Below are positions 41,105 through 49,997 of a stretch of DNA of 64,000 bases, one piece after another (position 1 is the first letter of the stretch; every line of letters begins with the position of its first letter). The position numbers were made by a program, and so were the translations under genes. The notes beneath the pieces are model-generated. The model had not been told where the DNA came from and made no database searches. It saw only the letters and a program-made list of their open reading frames with translations. Source of the stretch: a virus; IMG/VR virus record IMGVR_UViG_3300025697_000003; one strand, 5' to 3'.

Positions 41105-41403
41105 TGAAGCACGAACCAGCCTCACCGTAGCTGCGACATTCCTCGATGTGGTGTTGGGGTGGGGCTGGTAGTAGAATGCGAACGACGGCGGTGTGGAAGG
41201 ACACGCTGAACCCATAATGAGCTGTGTGCTGGTGACTGGGATGTCAGCTAAGACGTAACGATATTGACGGTTAGCGACCGCAAGCATGTACAGTAAGCAG
41301 GTATCAATCCCTGCCCGTCGTTTGCATTTCCATCCTGATCTTGCTATGTTTGTGTGTGGAAAGGCAGCACCGCTTCAACGCATTACCTCCTTGATTCGAG
41401 AGG

Positions 41404-41440
41404 CGCACCTGGGACTTAGGCCCCTGGGTGCGTTTCTTTT
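41404..41440 (+). terminator. rho-independent terminator
   Basis: CGCACCTGGG-N9-CCCTGGGTGCG followed by TTTCTTTT. Confidence 0.6.
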
Positions 41441-41443
41441 GAG

Positions 41444-41472
41444 TTGCATCACCTCGGAGTTTATCATATACT
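41444..41472 (+). promoter_or_regulatory. candidate promoter TTGCAT-N17-TATACT (TGCATCACCT family)
   Basis: TTGCATCACCTCGGAGTTTATCATATACT, directly after the terminator and ~20 nt before the RBS and ATG at 41493. Confidence 0.55.
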
Positions 41473-41492
41473 TCCAAGAGAGGTGATTGGCG

Positions 41493-41780
41493 ATGGCCGA
41501 TAAAGTAATTGAGAGGCAAGAACTTCAGTGTCATGCCTGTGGCAAATACGTTCAATTCGACATCGATCTATCTTTGAATGGGAATCATGTGCTTAACTGT
41601 CCGAACTGCGGTCATGAGCATTGCTTTGTATCAGGCGTGGGCGAACACCGTAGGAAGCTCATGAGGCATCAACAAGAAATGAGCAGGACCATCGTGGGGA
41701 ATCCCAAACCAAACGGAAGAAACTTGAGTTTAAGTTGTCGGGCGGTGGGCTCCTGCTCGCTGAATATGGAGGATAGATGA
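41493..41780 (+). CDS. zinc-ribbon protein
   Basis: GAGGTGAT RBS. CHACGK...CPNCGHEHC. Confidence 0.5.
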   Translation: MADKVIERQELQCHACGKYVQFDIDLSLNGNHVLNCPNCGHEHCFVSGVGEHRRKLMRHQQEMSRTIVGNPKPNGRNLSLSCRAVGSCSLNMEDR

Positions 41781-42124
41781 CTGAGAAAAACGCTGGCGTC
41801 GTGCGCTCAAGGAACAACAAAGAGAGATCGTTCGCGCCTGTTACAGCTGAATCGATGCGACAGCGGATGACGATTCGAACGAACAAGCAACTCCAGTATG
41901 TGTTGGCGAGGATCGGCAAGGCGGCTAAGAACAACTGTGGTCGAGTGAGGTGCCATCCTGACGAGCTTGATGCAGCGTCTAGGGCATTCCTCACTGATGA
42001 TCTTGGATACGTCGTTACGTTCATCACTGAGAAGGACAAGTACGAAGTGCGATGGGCGGGATCAGCGGACGACGATGAAGAGAATGTTGATGTAGAAATC
42101 GATCCAGGTTTTGCGGAGGGATGA
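41777..42124 (+). CDS. hypothetical protein
   Basis: ATGA overlap. Confidence 0.5.
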   Translation: MTEKNAGVVRSRNNKERSFAPVTAESMRQRMTIRTNKQLQYVLARIGKAAKNNCGRVRCHPDELDAASRAFLTDDLGYVVTFITEKDKYEVRWAGSADDDEENVDVEIDPGFAEG

Positions 42125-42297
42125 TGAGTAGAGACACAGACCAAACGCTCGACAATCTGAAGGATGAAATCGGAGAACTCGATGACAGGATTTCTGATCT
42201 TGAAAACTACAACTACACTCTGAAAGAGCGCGTTGCAGAACTGGAAGCAGAAGTTGGAGAGAGGGATGCACAGATAGCACAGATGGAGGGCTCATGA
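42121..42297 (+). CDS. small coiled-coil protein (58 aa)
   Basis: ATGATGA overlap. DNLKDEIGELDDRISDLENYNYTLKERVAELEAEV. Below the ORF-track cutoff. Confidence 0.45.
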   Translation: MMSRDTDQTLDNLKDEIGELDDRISDLENYNYTLKERVAELEAEVGERDAQIAQMEGS

Positions 42298-42596
42298 GTG
42301 AAGTGAAGCACATGGACATCAGGGAATTCAAAGAGAAAGGGTATCTCCAGGAAGCGAACAGGAGATTCTTCCATCCTCTCGGATTGGCATTGGTCGTCTC
42401 CAGGAATGATAGCGACGGGAGCATGGAACTGTTCGGGATACAAGATTCAAGAGACGATCCAGAAGGCATCGTGTTTGATGAGTTCGACGTCGCTCTGGCG
42501 ACTAGCGTGTCGTGTGACATGCTGGCAAGGGCTGAATACCGCGGCAAGCTGCCCTATTGCAACAATGGTGGAGTACAGACGGAGAACGCATCATGA
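42294..42596 (+). CDS. hypothetical protein
   Basis: ATGA overlap. Confidence 0.5.
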   Translation: MSEVKHMDIREFKEKGYLQEANRRFFHPLGLALVVSRNDSDGSMELFGIQDSRDDPEGIVFDEFDVALATSVSCDMLARAEYRGKLPYCNNGGVQTENAS

Positions 42597-42928
42597 AGAT
42601 AGCGAAAGAGATTGCGGAGCATATCGAAGACCGGCAGTGCCCGGGGGGAGAGATGTCGGCAGCGATGCTTGAGAACATCGTAGCGGCGAAGCTGGAGCCT
42701 GTGAAGAAGGCGCTGAATGATCTGATTGAAACCTGCACAAGCAGTGATGTGATGGAATTTGGCGAGACACCGGACAGAGAGGCAATTAGAGGTGCGCAAG
42801 CCGCCCTTGCGCTATTCGAGGACGAATGCGATCACGAATGGGTGGACGCAACAAACGAGGTTGTATCTGGCGGAGAGGTCTGCGTGAAGTGCCATGCTAT
42901 CCGCGCCACGCACGAGGAGGATTTATGA
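42593..42928 (+). CDS. hypothetical protein
   Basis: ATGA overlap. Confidence 0.5.
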   Translation: MKIAKEIAEHIEDRQCPGGEMSAAMLENIVAAKLEPVKKALNDLIETCTSSDVMEFGETPDREAIRGAQAALALFEDECDHEWVDATNEVVSGGEVCVKCHAIRATHEEDL

Positions 42929-43356
42929 ATCTTCCTGACGGCGTAGCATGTGGCCATCGAGCGTGTCTGTCGCACAAGACGTATCCATGCCCGTTCTGTG
43001 GCAGGATTGCCGGCAGAGAGTTGACGACATCGGAGAGGGTAGCGAAGGCCGTGCTGGATACGTTCCCTGGTTCTGGTGGTAGAACAGAAGAGGAATGGTT
43101 CGCTGCGTGCGTTGAGCTCATAACTCCGATCGTTGATGGTGCCGACGCAGAGCAAGGGATTGACGTAAGCGGCTTCTCTTCATCAGCGGCAAAGAGATCA
43201 GTACCGATAACTCTCAAGATTGAACCTCGTATTGAACCGCGTCCATGGCTATGTATGCCAGCACGAAAGAACTATCTCAAGGCTGCATGGGAGTGTATTA
43301 AGTTCCCGTTCAGACTCGTAGCGAACTTTCTGACAGCGATGGGGCAGGTCAAGTAA
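42925..43356 (+). CDS. hypothetical Cys-containing protein
   Basis: AGGAGG RBS and ATGA overlap. Confidence 0.5.
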   Translation: MNLPDGVACGHRACLSHKTYPCPFCGRIAGRELTTSERVAKAVLDTFPGSGGRTEEEWFAACVELITPIVDGADAEQGIDVSGFSSSAAKRSVPITLKIEPRIEPRPWLCMPARKNYLKAAWECIKFPFRLVANFLTAMGQVK

Positions 43357-43385
43357 TTGCATCACCTCAGAGAATGTAGTATGAT
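43357..43385 (+). promoter_or_regulatory. candidate promoter TTGCAT-N17-TATGAT (TGCATCACCT family)
   Basis: TTGCATCACCTCAGAGAATGTAGTATGAT. Confidence 0.55.
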
Positions 43386-43411
43386 TGCGGAACAAGACTT
43401 TAGGAGGCAAC

Positions 43412-43770
43412 ATGAACCTGTCAGACGAAACACGGAAGAACTTGATCGAGGAACGCAGCAAGATTGATGCGTTGTTGGGAGATGTGCCTACGCTTGAATG
43501 CAAGCTAGGCCGTCCAGTGTTGGTGACTACGGACAAGCGCGGGGTGTTTTTCGGGTATGCAGACGACACATCTGGAGATCCTATCGTGCTGTTGAATGCA
43601 CGCAACTGCATCTACTGGCACAAGTCAGTTGGAGGATTTGCTGGGTTGGCTACTGTTGGCCCTAACGATCAATGTAGAATTGGTGCGCAGGTCAGCCAGA
43701 TTGAACTGCGTGGCATCTGCTCGGTTAGCGAAGTCGAGAGCCCTGCGGTAAAAGCGTGGGAGACGGCATC

Positions 43771-43783
<13 letters not shown>
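43412..43783 (+). CDS. hypothetical protein (conserved phage family by eye)
   Basis: TAGGAGG RBS. GRPVLVTTDKRGVFFGYADDTSGDPIVLLNARNCIYW. Confidence 0.55.
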
Positions 43784-43983
<200 letters not shown>

Positions 43984-44014
43984 AGGTAGTATGATTGCAG
44001 TGGAGGGGATTTAG

Positions 44015-44338
44015 ATGGCAGAGCAACCGCTGAGATTTAACACCATGCAGGGACTCATTCGACATACAGGTGGCAATGGCATCATGTTGAATGGCGTCAA
44101 CTTTGAAGTCCCAGCGGGAGGCTTCACATTCGTAGGAATCGAGCTTGTCATCGCTGGGAATATGATGATGCCGAAGGTGCGCGAGTTGACAGGGCCAATG
44201 GCTGAACGCTACGGCGCGATGCGATTCGGAGAAGAACAGCTGCAGAATGTGATACAGCAATCAGCTATGGCCGGAGGAATGGATGTGCCGTTTATGTTCT
44301 CGTTCGACAGACCGAGGCCAAAGACATCAGTGAACTGA
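44015..44338 (+). CDS. hypothetical protein
   Basis: GGAGGGG RBS. Confidence 0.5.
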   Translation: MAEQPLRFNTMQGLIRHTGGNGIMLNGVNFEVPAGGFTFVGIELVIAGNMMMPKVRELTGPMAERYGAMRFGEEQLQNVIQQSAMAGGMDVPFMFSFDRPRPKTSVN

Positions 44339-44487
44339 AATGTCGTCGGCCATGATGTGGTCGTGCCGTAAAAGCCTTGCGCCTCGCTTGTCGCAGGGGC
44401 ACGCCACGGAATGAGTCGACAACCTCCAAGGAGGGCGGCGTAGGAAGAGAGCCCGCGCCGTCACTCCTGCATATATGAAGGAGTGTG

Positions 44488-44658
44488 ATGATGCCTAAGA
44501 CTGCAGAGAAGCCAGCACTCAGCGAACGTGACTGGGAAGAAGACACCAAGCACCACCATGGGCGCCACAAGAATCGGTGCGTTGTGTGTGGGCATACGTT
44601 CATCGGCTACAGGCGCCGCCACATCTGCAAGAAGTGTATAACGGACTGGCGGAAATGA
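44488..44658 (+). CDS. small zinc-ribbon protein (56 aa)
   Basis: AAGGAG RBS. CVVCGH...CKKC. Below the ORF-track cutoff. Confidence 0.45.
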   Translation: MMPKTAEKPALSERDWEEDTKHHHGRHKNRCVVCGHTFIGYRRRHICKKCITDWRK

Positions 44659-44873
44659 ATTGCATCGTCGCGCACAAGAATCTTGACGACTTCGATCCTG
44701 GGAAGATAAGAGCAGTGTGGAATAATCGAAGAATCCATCCTGTCCGATGGTGGCGTACACGATCGAAGTACGGTGTGAGCGTTGAGACAACCGACGGGGA
44801 GAAGGTGTCTGGTAAATTCATAGTAGTCCTGACGGTATCTGAGTTCGATCAGTGGAGGGAGCGTCATGCCTAA
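44655..44873 (+). CDS. hypothetical protein
   Basis: ATGA overlap. Confidence 0.45.
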   Translation: MNCIVAHKNLDDFDPGKIRAVWNNRRIHPVRWWRTRSKYGVSVETTDGEKVSGKFIVVLTVSEFDQWRERHA

Positions 44874-45132
44874 GCCGAGAGCCACGAAAGAGATCAAGAC
44901 TGCGAAGGTAGCGTTAGAGCAAGAGATAAGTGATGCCATGCACGTCATTACAAGCAAATTCCATGCTAAGTATCCTGGATGGATTGTCACTGATTCAGAT
45001 CTTGGCATCATTGATGTGTCGACGCGTGATAGACAGGAGAGGATGACAGCCTCGTCTCGAGTAGAGCTCACAAAGACTGATATGTCGATGAAGATCTGCA
45101 AGGGCAATCAGGTCAAGGATATGAAATCGTGA
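44866..45132 (+). CDS. hypothetical protein
   Basis: GGAGGGAG RBS. Confidence 0.5.
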   Translation: MPKPRATKEIKTAKVALEQEISDAMHVITSKFHAKYPGWIVTDSDLGIIDVSTRDRQERMTASSRVELTKTDMSMKICKGNQVKDMKS

Positions 45133-45479
45133 AGAGGCATGGTGTGCCAAACACAATCTCTCATTTCCCAGGATGGTATACCCATAAGGCGTTCAAGATT
45201 AGCAGTTGGGCGAGGATAGATGGAGTAATCTATGTTGAATGCGAGAAGCCGTTTGAATGGGGCGAAGGCGGAACAGTTGATGAAGCAGTTGCTTCTCTGA
45301 AGGAGAATCTGTCGGATCATCTTAGGATGCTACTGGAGGACAAAGACACGCTTGCTAAATGTGCTCAAGAAACGTTGTCTCAATTCATGGACGATCATCA
45401 ATGCGAGAGATGTAGCGAGACGTTCTCAAATGCCAGCGACATGATTGTCGAGTTAAGAAAGATCAAGGAGCTCAAATGA
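45129..45479 (+). CDS. hypothetical protein
   Basis: GTGA overlap start. Confidence 0.45.
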   Translation: MKRHGVPNTISHFPGWYTHKAFKISSWARIDGVIYVECEKPFEWGEGGTVDEAVASLKENLSDHLRMLLEDKDTLAKCAQETLSQFMDDHQCERCSETFSNASDMIVELRKIKELK

Positions 45480-45562
45480 AAATTGAATTGGAGTACATCG
45501 TCAAGTTCGTCGTCTTCATGGTGTGGTTTGCGATGATGGCTGATGCTCTGGGGAGACTGTGA
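45476..45562 (+). CDS. very small hydrophobic peptide (28 aa)
   Basis: ATGA and TGATG overlaps at both ends. MKIELEYIVKFVVFMVWFAMMADALGRL. Confidence 0.3.
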   Translation: MKIELEYIVKFVVFMVWFAMMADALGRL

Positions 45563-45852
45563 TGGCTGAGAAACTGAAGCCGTGTCCGTTTTGTGGTGCC
45601 TTTGCCAAAGCAATCATTGATCCAGGATGTCCTTGGGTTGTGACCAAATGCACTCAGTGTGGGGCAGAATCAAATCTAATGATGGAGAACGCCAGATATC
45701 AGGACAATGAAATGGCGGCAATAGCCGCCTGGAACAACCGCGCTGGCCGCAACGAGACAATCGAGGAGTGCGCGAAGACGTGTGAACAGATGGTGAAGGA
45801 AATTGTTTGCCCCGAAGAATGTGCTGCTGCGATACGAGATATGAAGGAGTAA
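45562..45852 (+). CDS. lar: Lar-family restriction alleviation protein
   Basis: LKPCPFCG...V.KC.QCGAES...AIAAWNNRA. Confidence 0.7.
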   Translation: MAEKLKPCPFCGAFAKAIIDPGCPWVVTKCTQCGAESNLMMENARYQDNEMAAIAAWNNRAGRNETIEECAKTCEQMVKEIVCPEECAAAIRDMKE

Positions 45853-45854
45853 TA

Positions 45855-46112
45855 ATGGGATGGGATCAACAGAAGTGTGATGCTGCTGCAGAGAACATGA
45901 CAAATGTGTTGTTCCTATCGTCTAATCAGGAACGCGATTTGAAGATTGCAGCAGCAGTATCAACGCTGACAGAGGCTCTTGGCTCAACTTGTAACGTTGA
46001 GATCAATGCAGAATATGGGGTCAAGCAAGTCGATCCAGTAGATGGGTGGCGTAACTACGAAAGGGATCCTAGTGGCAACAAGGTAATAATCACGATCACG
46101 GTAAAGAAATGA
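45855..46112 (+). CDS. hypothetical protein
   Basis: AAGGAG RBS. Confidence 0.5.
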   Translation: MGWDQQKCDAAAENMTNVLFLSSNQERDLKIAAAVSTLTEALGSTCNVEINAEYGVKQVDPVDGWRNYERDPSGNKVIITITVKK

Positions 46113-46248
46113 ACAATCCTCCGGCGTTATCACCTCACATGATTACCGAGTGTAGATTTGCACTCAGCGCCGGAGGTATCTGTGAACATGGTGATTGCTC
46201 TTATGTGCATCACCTATTACACTTAATGCGGAAATGGAGATGATCTGA

Positions 46249-46422
46249 ATGGCGAAGAAATTGATGCAAACGGCGACTATCTACGTGCCTCAGAAGAAAG
46301 TCGAAGAGAGGCTGATCGAGCGAATGATTGCGGTCGGCGCGAAGAAGGATCGATCGTTTAACTACGTTTTGTTGAAAGCGATCGAGGAGTATCTTGAAAA
46401 AGAGGAATCACAAGGAGCGTGA
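46249..46422 (+). CDS. ribbon-helix-helix (CopG/Arc-like) protein, 57 aa
   Basis: TATIYVPQKKVEERLIERMIAVGAKKDRSFNYVLLKAIEEYL. Below the ORF-track cutoff. Confidence 0.5.
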   Translation: MAKKLMQTATIYVPQKKVEERLIERMIAVGAKKDRSFNYVLLKAIEEYLEKEESQGA

Positions 46423-46424
46423 AC

Positions 46425-46763
46425 GTGGCTAAGGATGAAAAGATTGCATCTGAAGTAGCAACTGGCGGAACGACATCGGCGGAGAAGACTCCATGGCAGC
46501 TACAGAATGAGATAGACAAGCTGGAGCAGCAAATAGAATCACTGAGGGCGCAGAACGCATTGCCGTTGACTGGCCTTGAGATCATGCAACTGCGAACCGT
46601 CCTGGCTGACAAGAAGGAGAAGCTAGGAGATCATGACGCTGTGATTGCTGGGATCGAATTGATTGCCAAGCTGGACGCATATCTGAATCCAGAGTTGCCG
46701 TTTAACGCTGGCGATGGAACGTCTTCTGTGTCGATGCCGCTTGATGGCGTGACGGCGCAATAA
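46425..46763 (+). CDS. coiled-coil protein (small terminase candidate, weak)
   Basis: AAGGAG RBS 7 nt before GTG 46425. Helical QLQNEIDKLEQQIESLRAQN. Position is upstream of TerL. Confidence 0.4.
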   Translation: MAKDEKIASEVATGGTTSAEKTPWQLQNEIDKLEQQIESLRAQNALPLTGLEIMQLRTVLADKKEKLGDHDAVIAGIELIAKLDAYLNPELPFNAGDGTSSVSMPLDGVTAQ

Positions 46764-46836
46764 GATTCATTGAGTAGAAGATGGCGGCATACCTCCTGCG
46801 TAGTACAGCGGGAGGACTGCTGCTGAAGGAGTAGAC

Positions 46837-47010
46837 ATGGCCGTAGCACCAGACATGGAACGGACATCGGCAACTGTTCCCAAAGAGCATGTCGAGTTCT
46901 ATAAAGCAGAAGTGAAGAGACTGCGGATACTTGGCGAACGAACATCAGTGGCTGAACTTGTCAGAGAGGCGATCGCAAGAGATGTCAAACGGATCCAGAG
47001 GAAGCGATAG
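46837..47010 (+). CDS. ribbon-helix-helix protein, 57 aa
   Basis: HVEFYKAEVKRLRILGERTSVAELVREAIARDVKRI. Below the ORF-track cutoff. Confidence 0.5.
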   Translation: MAVAPDMERTSATVPKEHVEFYKAEVKRLRILGERTSVAELVREAIARDVKRIQRKR

Positions 47011-47013
47011 CTG

Positions 47014-47547
47014 ATGGCGGAAGAATGGAGATCAGTCGTTGGGTACGAGGGATGGTACGAGGTTAGCAATCTCGGGCGGATACGAAATGTGAAGAAGAGG
47101 CAAGGTACTGTTGTTGGCAGGATGATGAGTCCATCAACGAATCGACATGGATATTCATACGTGTGTCTCCGTCAAGATAATGAACAGAAGACAGCATTAG
47201 TTCATCGCGTAGTGATGGCTGCATTTGTAGGCCCATGCCCAGATGGATTAGAAACAAACCATAAAGATGGAATCAAAGGAAACTGCCAACGGTCGAATCT
47301 TGAGTATACGACTTCTTCAGAGAATCAAAGACATGCGTATAGACTCGGACTGAAAACTCCATGGGATGAGAGAGGAGAAAAGAACCCCTACGCTAAACTT
47401 ACCGAGAGCAAGATCCACAATATCCGCAGAAGGCTAAAGCACGAAACGCAGACAGCTATTGCTAAGAGCGTCGGGATGTCTAGGGCTGCTATAGGGCTTA
47501 TCGCAAATGGAAAAACATGGGGATGGCTAGAAGAGGAGCCAGTGTGA
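47014..47547 (+). CDS. NUMOD4/HNH_3-type homing endonuclease
   Basis: EEWRSVVGYEGWYEVSNLGRIRN...NRHGYSYVCL...LVHRVVMAAF...ETNHKDGIKGNCQRSNLEY...ENQRHA. Confidence 0.75.
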   Translation: MAEEWRSVVGYEGWYEVSNLGRIRNVKKRQGTVVGRMMSPSTNRHGYSYVCLRQDNEQKTALVHRVVMAAFVGPCPDGLETNHKDGIKGNCQRSNLEYTTSSENQRHAYRLGLKTPWDERGEKNPYAKLTESKIHNIRRRLKHETQTAIAKSVGMSRAAIGLIANGKTWGWLEEEPV

Positions 47548-49136
47548 CTAGACAGACGTTTTCAGGAAAAGAGGCAATTGCTGCATCGCGTGCGAAAGCC
47601 GGTGCGAATGCGTATCAGTGGGCAAATTCCTATCGGGTCATGCCCGATGGATGCACCTACTCGCTATTTAATCCTGATCGGTATATGGAATACCTATATG
47701 AGATATATATTGAAGCATCTCGTCTTAGAATCCCAGGTGGTAGAATAACTGTAATGAAGAGCGTTCAGACCGGGTTCTCAGAATGGGCAATCAATATGGC
47801 ATTATGGTTCATGGATGTGAAGAAAGAACCCTGCCTGTACATGCTTCAGACGGACAAGCAGTTAGGTCCATTCGTACTCGCTAGGCTAGACCCTGCGATT
47901 GAGATCTCACCATATATCAGAGAAGGATTCTCTGGAGAGGCTGATAGTGTTGGGCTAAAGATCGGATGGAAGCAACCAATATACTTCCGTGGTGCGAAGT
48001 CCCCAGGAAGCTTGGTTGAGTTCTCTGTCGGAATGGTAGTGCAGGACGAGAAAGACCAGATGGAGCCATTGGGCGTTGCTGCATCTCAAGGGCGTCTACA
48101 GGGAAGGAAACACAAATGGGTGCTGCGACTCTCTAACCCATCGATACCGGAACACGGCATTCACATCGATTACCTGGAAGGATCAAAGGGCGAACATGCT
48201 CTGTGGTGTGAGAAGTGCCAAGAGTACAAGGTCCCGAGGTGGCCTGACAGCGCGAACGTAAATCATCCGTATGATGTCATGTGCCCAGACTACGATCACG
48301 TCCTAGACAAGAAAAACGGTAAATGGATACACGAAGAGCCTGAGAATCCTCACAAGTCCTATTCAATGGGGCATTTTGCATCACCGACAGTACAGCCGAT
48401 TGAAATGCTCGAGGAGTGGGAACTCATCCGAGGGGATCCTACGAAGATGGGCGCATTCTACAATCTACGGCTTGGACTTCCTTGGGCAGAGGCTGGAACG
48501 CGAATCACAGACGTATCAGGCTTGCCATCGATGGGAGAGATGATCCCTTCCTACGATCGACAGAGCGTGATGGGCGTCGACGTAGGGACATTGCTCCATG
48601 TGGTAGTAAGGCGATCGTATGGCGGCATCTTGTGGGCAGGGAATCTGGTTGGGAGTGCTCAGTGGGAAGAGCTTGGACGAATGATGCACGCATACAATGT
48701 TGACCATTGCGCGATCGATGTCCGACCCGAGACGACGAAAGCCTCAGAGTTCGCAAGGCTATTCCCAGGAAGAGTCACTCTGGTCGAGTACAACCCCAAT
48801 CCTATGGCCACGGAGGAGAAGTACGGGGAAAAGAACGGAGTACCTCTGTACAGCGGCCTGAGGACACCGATGATCGACAATGCAGTGGCGAAGATTCTTT
48901 CTAAGACTGAGGGAGTTCCGTCGAATCTACCGACAGACTTCTGGGACCACTTCAGGGCAGTATCAAGACAGTACGTGACGAGGGCGGACGGGGCTGTATA
49001 CGTATCGTATGTGCATACGAAGCCTGACCATTACGTCCATGCGTTCAACTACGCGGTATTTGCAGGGAGCCGATTCGAAGGCTCTGACGGTGAGAGGACA
49101 CAGTTCTTCAGCCCGAGAGGGAGGGGGAGACGATGA
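47544..49136 (+). CDS. terL: terminase large subunit (lambda GpA-like)
   Basis: MKSVQTGFSEWAIN (KSxxxGxS P-loop variant as in gpA), VVQDE, and nuclease-type VMGVDVG / CAIDVRPE. GAGGAG RBS and GTGA overlap with the HNH stop (the ORF track starts at 47517). Confidence 0.75.
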   Translation: MTRQTFSGKEAIAASRAKAGANAYQWANSYRVMPDGCTYSLFNPDRYMEYLYEIYIEASRLRIPGGRITVMKSVQTGFSEWAINMALWFMDVKKEPCLYMLQTDKQLGPFVLARLDPAIEISPYIREGFSGEADSVGLKIGWKQPIYFRGAKSPGSLVEFSVGMVVQDEKDQMEPLGVAASQGRLQGRKHKWVLRLSNPSIPEHGIHIDYLEGSKGEHALWCEKCQEYKVPRWPDSANVNHPYDVMCPDYDHVLDKKNGKWIHEEPENPHKSYSMGHFASPTVQPIEMLEEWELIRGDPTKMGAFYNLRLGLPWAEAGTRITDVSGLPSMGEMIPSYDRQSVMGVDVGTLLHVVVRRSYGGILWAGNLVGSAQWEELGRMMHAYNVDHCAIDVRPETTKASEFARLFPGRVTLVEYNPNPMATEEKYGEKNGVPLYSGLRTPMIDNAVAKILSKTEGVPSNLPTDFWDHFRAVSRQYVTRADGAVYVSYVHTKPDHYVHAFNYAVFAGSRFEGSDGERTQFFSPRGRGRR

Positions 49137-49486
49137 GCGAATGGGAGGCAGCAACGCCACTTGAGGTTGGACAATTCTACACGATCGATGGCGAACGTCG
49201 GCAGTGCATCAGTGGAGGTATGAACATGAATAAAGCGTGGATGAGAGATAAAGAAACGCGAGATAAAGTTGCCAGCGATATCCTTGTTTATGGGGGCGGA
49301 TACGTGGTGGAGAACAAAGATGGATCGTGTCCGATTAGAATCCATCCAGAAAGAATGGTCGCTATCCTAGACAAGAAAACGCACAAACCTATCGCGTATC
49401 GAACTGTGATAATGGGGCATGAAGTTACATACGAGCTAGAGAACGTATGGCACGGGCGGCTTACTGTAGAGGGAGATGAATCATGA
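49133..49486 (+). CDS. hypothetical protein
   Basis: ATGA overlap. Confidence 0.5.
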   Translation: MSEWEAATPLEVGQFYTIDGERRQCISGGMNMNKAWMRDKETRDKVASDILVYGGGYVVENKDGSCPIRIHPERMVAILDKKTHKPIAYRTVIMGHEVTYELENVWHGRLTVEGDES

Positions 49487-49737
49487 AACTGACGAAAGGC
49501 ACGATACTGAAGGCGAAGGGCGGGTGGGACGCAGAGGTCGTTTGGGTAAGAACGATTGAGGGACACGGATTCTACGCGGTGCATAGACCAGGAGAAACGG
49601 ATCCTACCTGCCCTGAGTCATGTCCAGTATGGCACAGGGCGAATGGCCATGCACATAGCCAGTTTGGTGTGCTGGAACCTCCATGTTACGGTGCTGGCCA
49701 TCCGGCAGATCTTGAGATGGGGGATTACGAGCTATGA
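49483..49737 (+). CDS. hypothetical protein
   Basis: ATGA overlap. Confidence 0.5.
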   Translation: MKLTKGTILKAKGGWDAEVVWVRTIEGHGFYAVHRPGETDPTCPESCPVWHRANGHAHSQFGVLEPPCYGAGHPADLEMGDYEL

Positions 49738-49997
49738 AACTGAAGAGATTCAGCGCGGTCGTGGTACTGGCATTAGTGGCTATCATGCTTGTGAGTTGTA
49801 TGGGGCAACGAGCGATCAGAGAAGGGATAAATACAGTATTCCCGAATGCGGATGGAATTCTTGGAGTAGACGACAATAATGAACTTTGGATGGTGCAAAC
49901 GGAGGCAGAAGTGCTACTGGTCAAGTACATCCGAGGAAGTTATGGAGAGATGGAGAACTCGTTCAAAATACTGGCGCGAATGGAGATCGGACTATGA
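49734..49997 (+). CDS. small lipoprotein
   Basis: MKLKRFSAVVVLALVAIMLVSC lipobox. ATGA overlap. Confidence 0.5.
   Translation: MKLKRFSAVVVLALVAIMLVSCMGQRAIREGINTVFPNADGILGVDDNNELWMVQTEAEVLLVKYIRGSYGEMENSFKILARMEIGL

Noticed and set aside
41286-41486. 66-aa plus-strand ORF in the gap after dcd.
   Set aside because: It has no RBS, a non-protein-like composition, and it runs through the terminator hairpin and the following promoter.
46118-46180. Inverted repeat CCTCCGGCG...CGCCGGAGG with a ~45-nt loop, plus the weak TGCATCACCT copy at 46205.
   Set aside because: The stem is only 9 bp with a very large loop, and the promoter copy lacks a -10 hexamer at 17 nt. This is kept as a weak note under the promoter-family finding.
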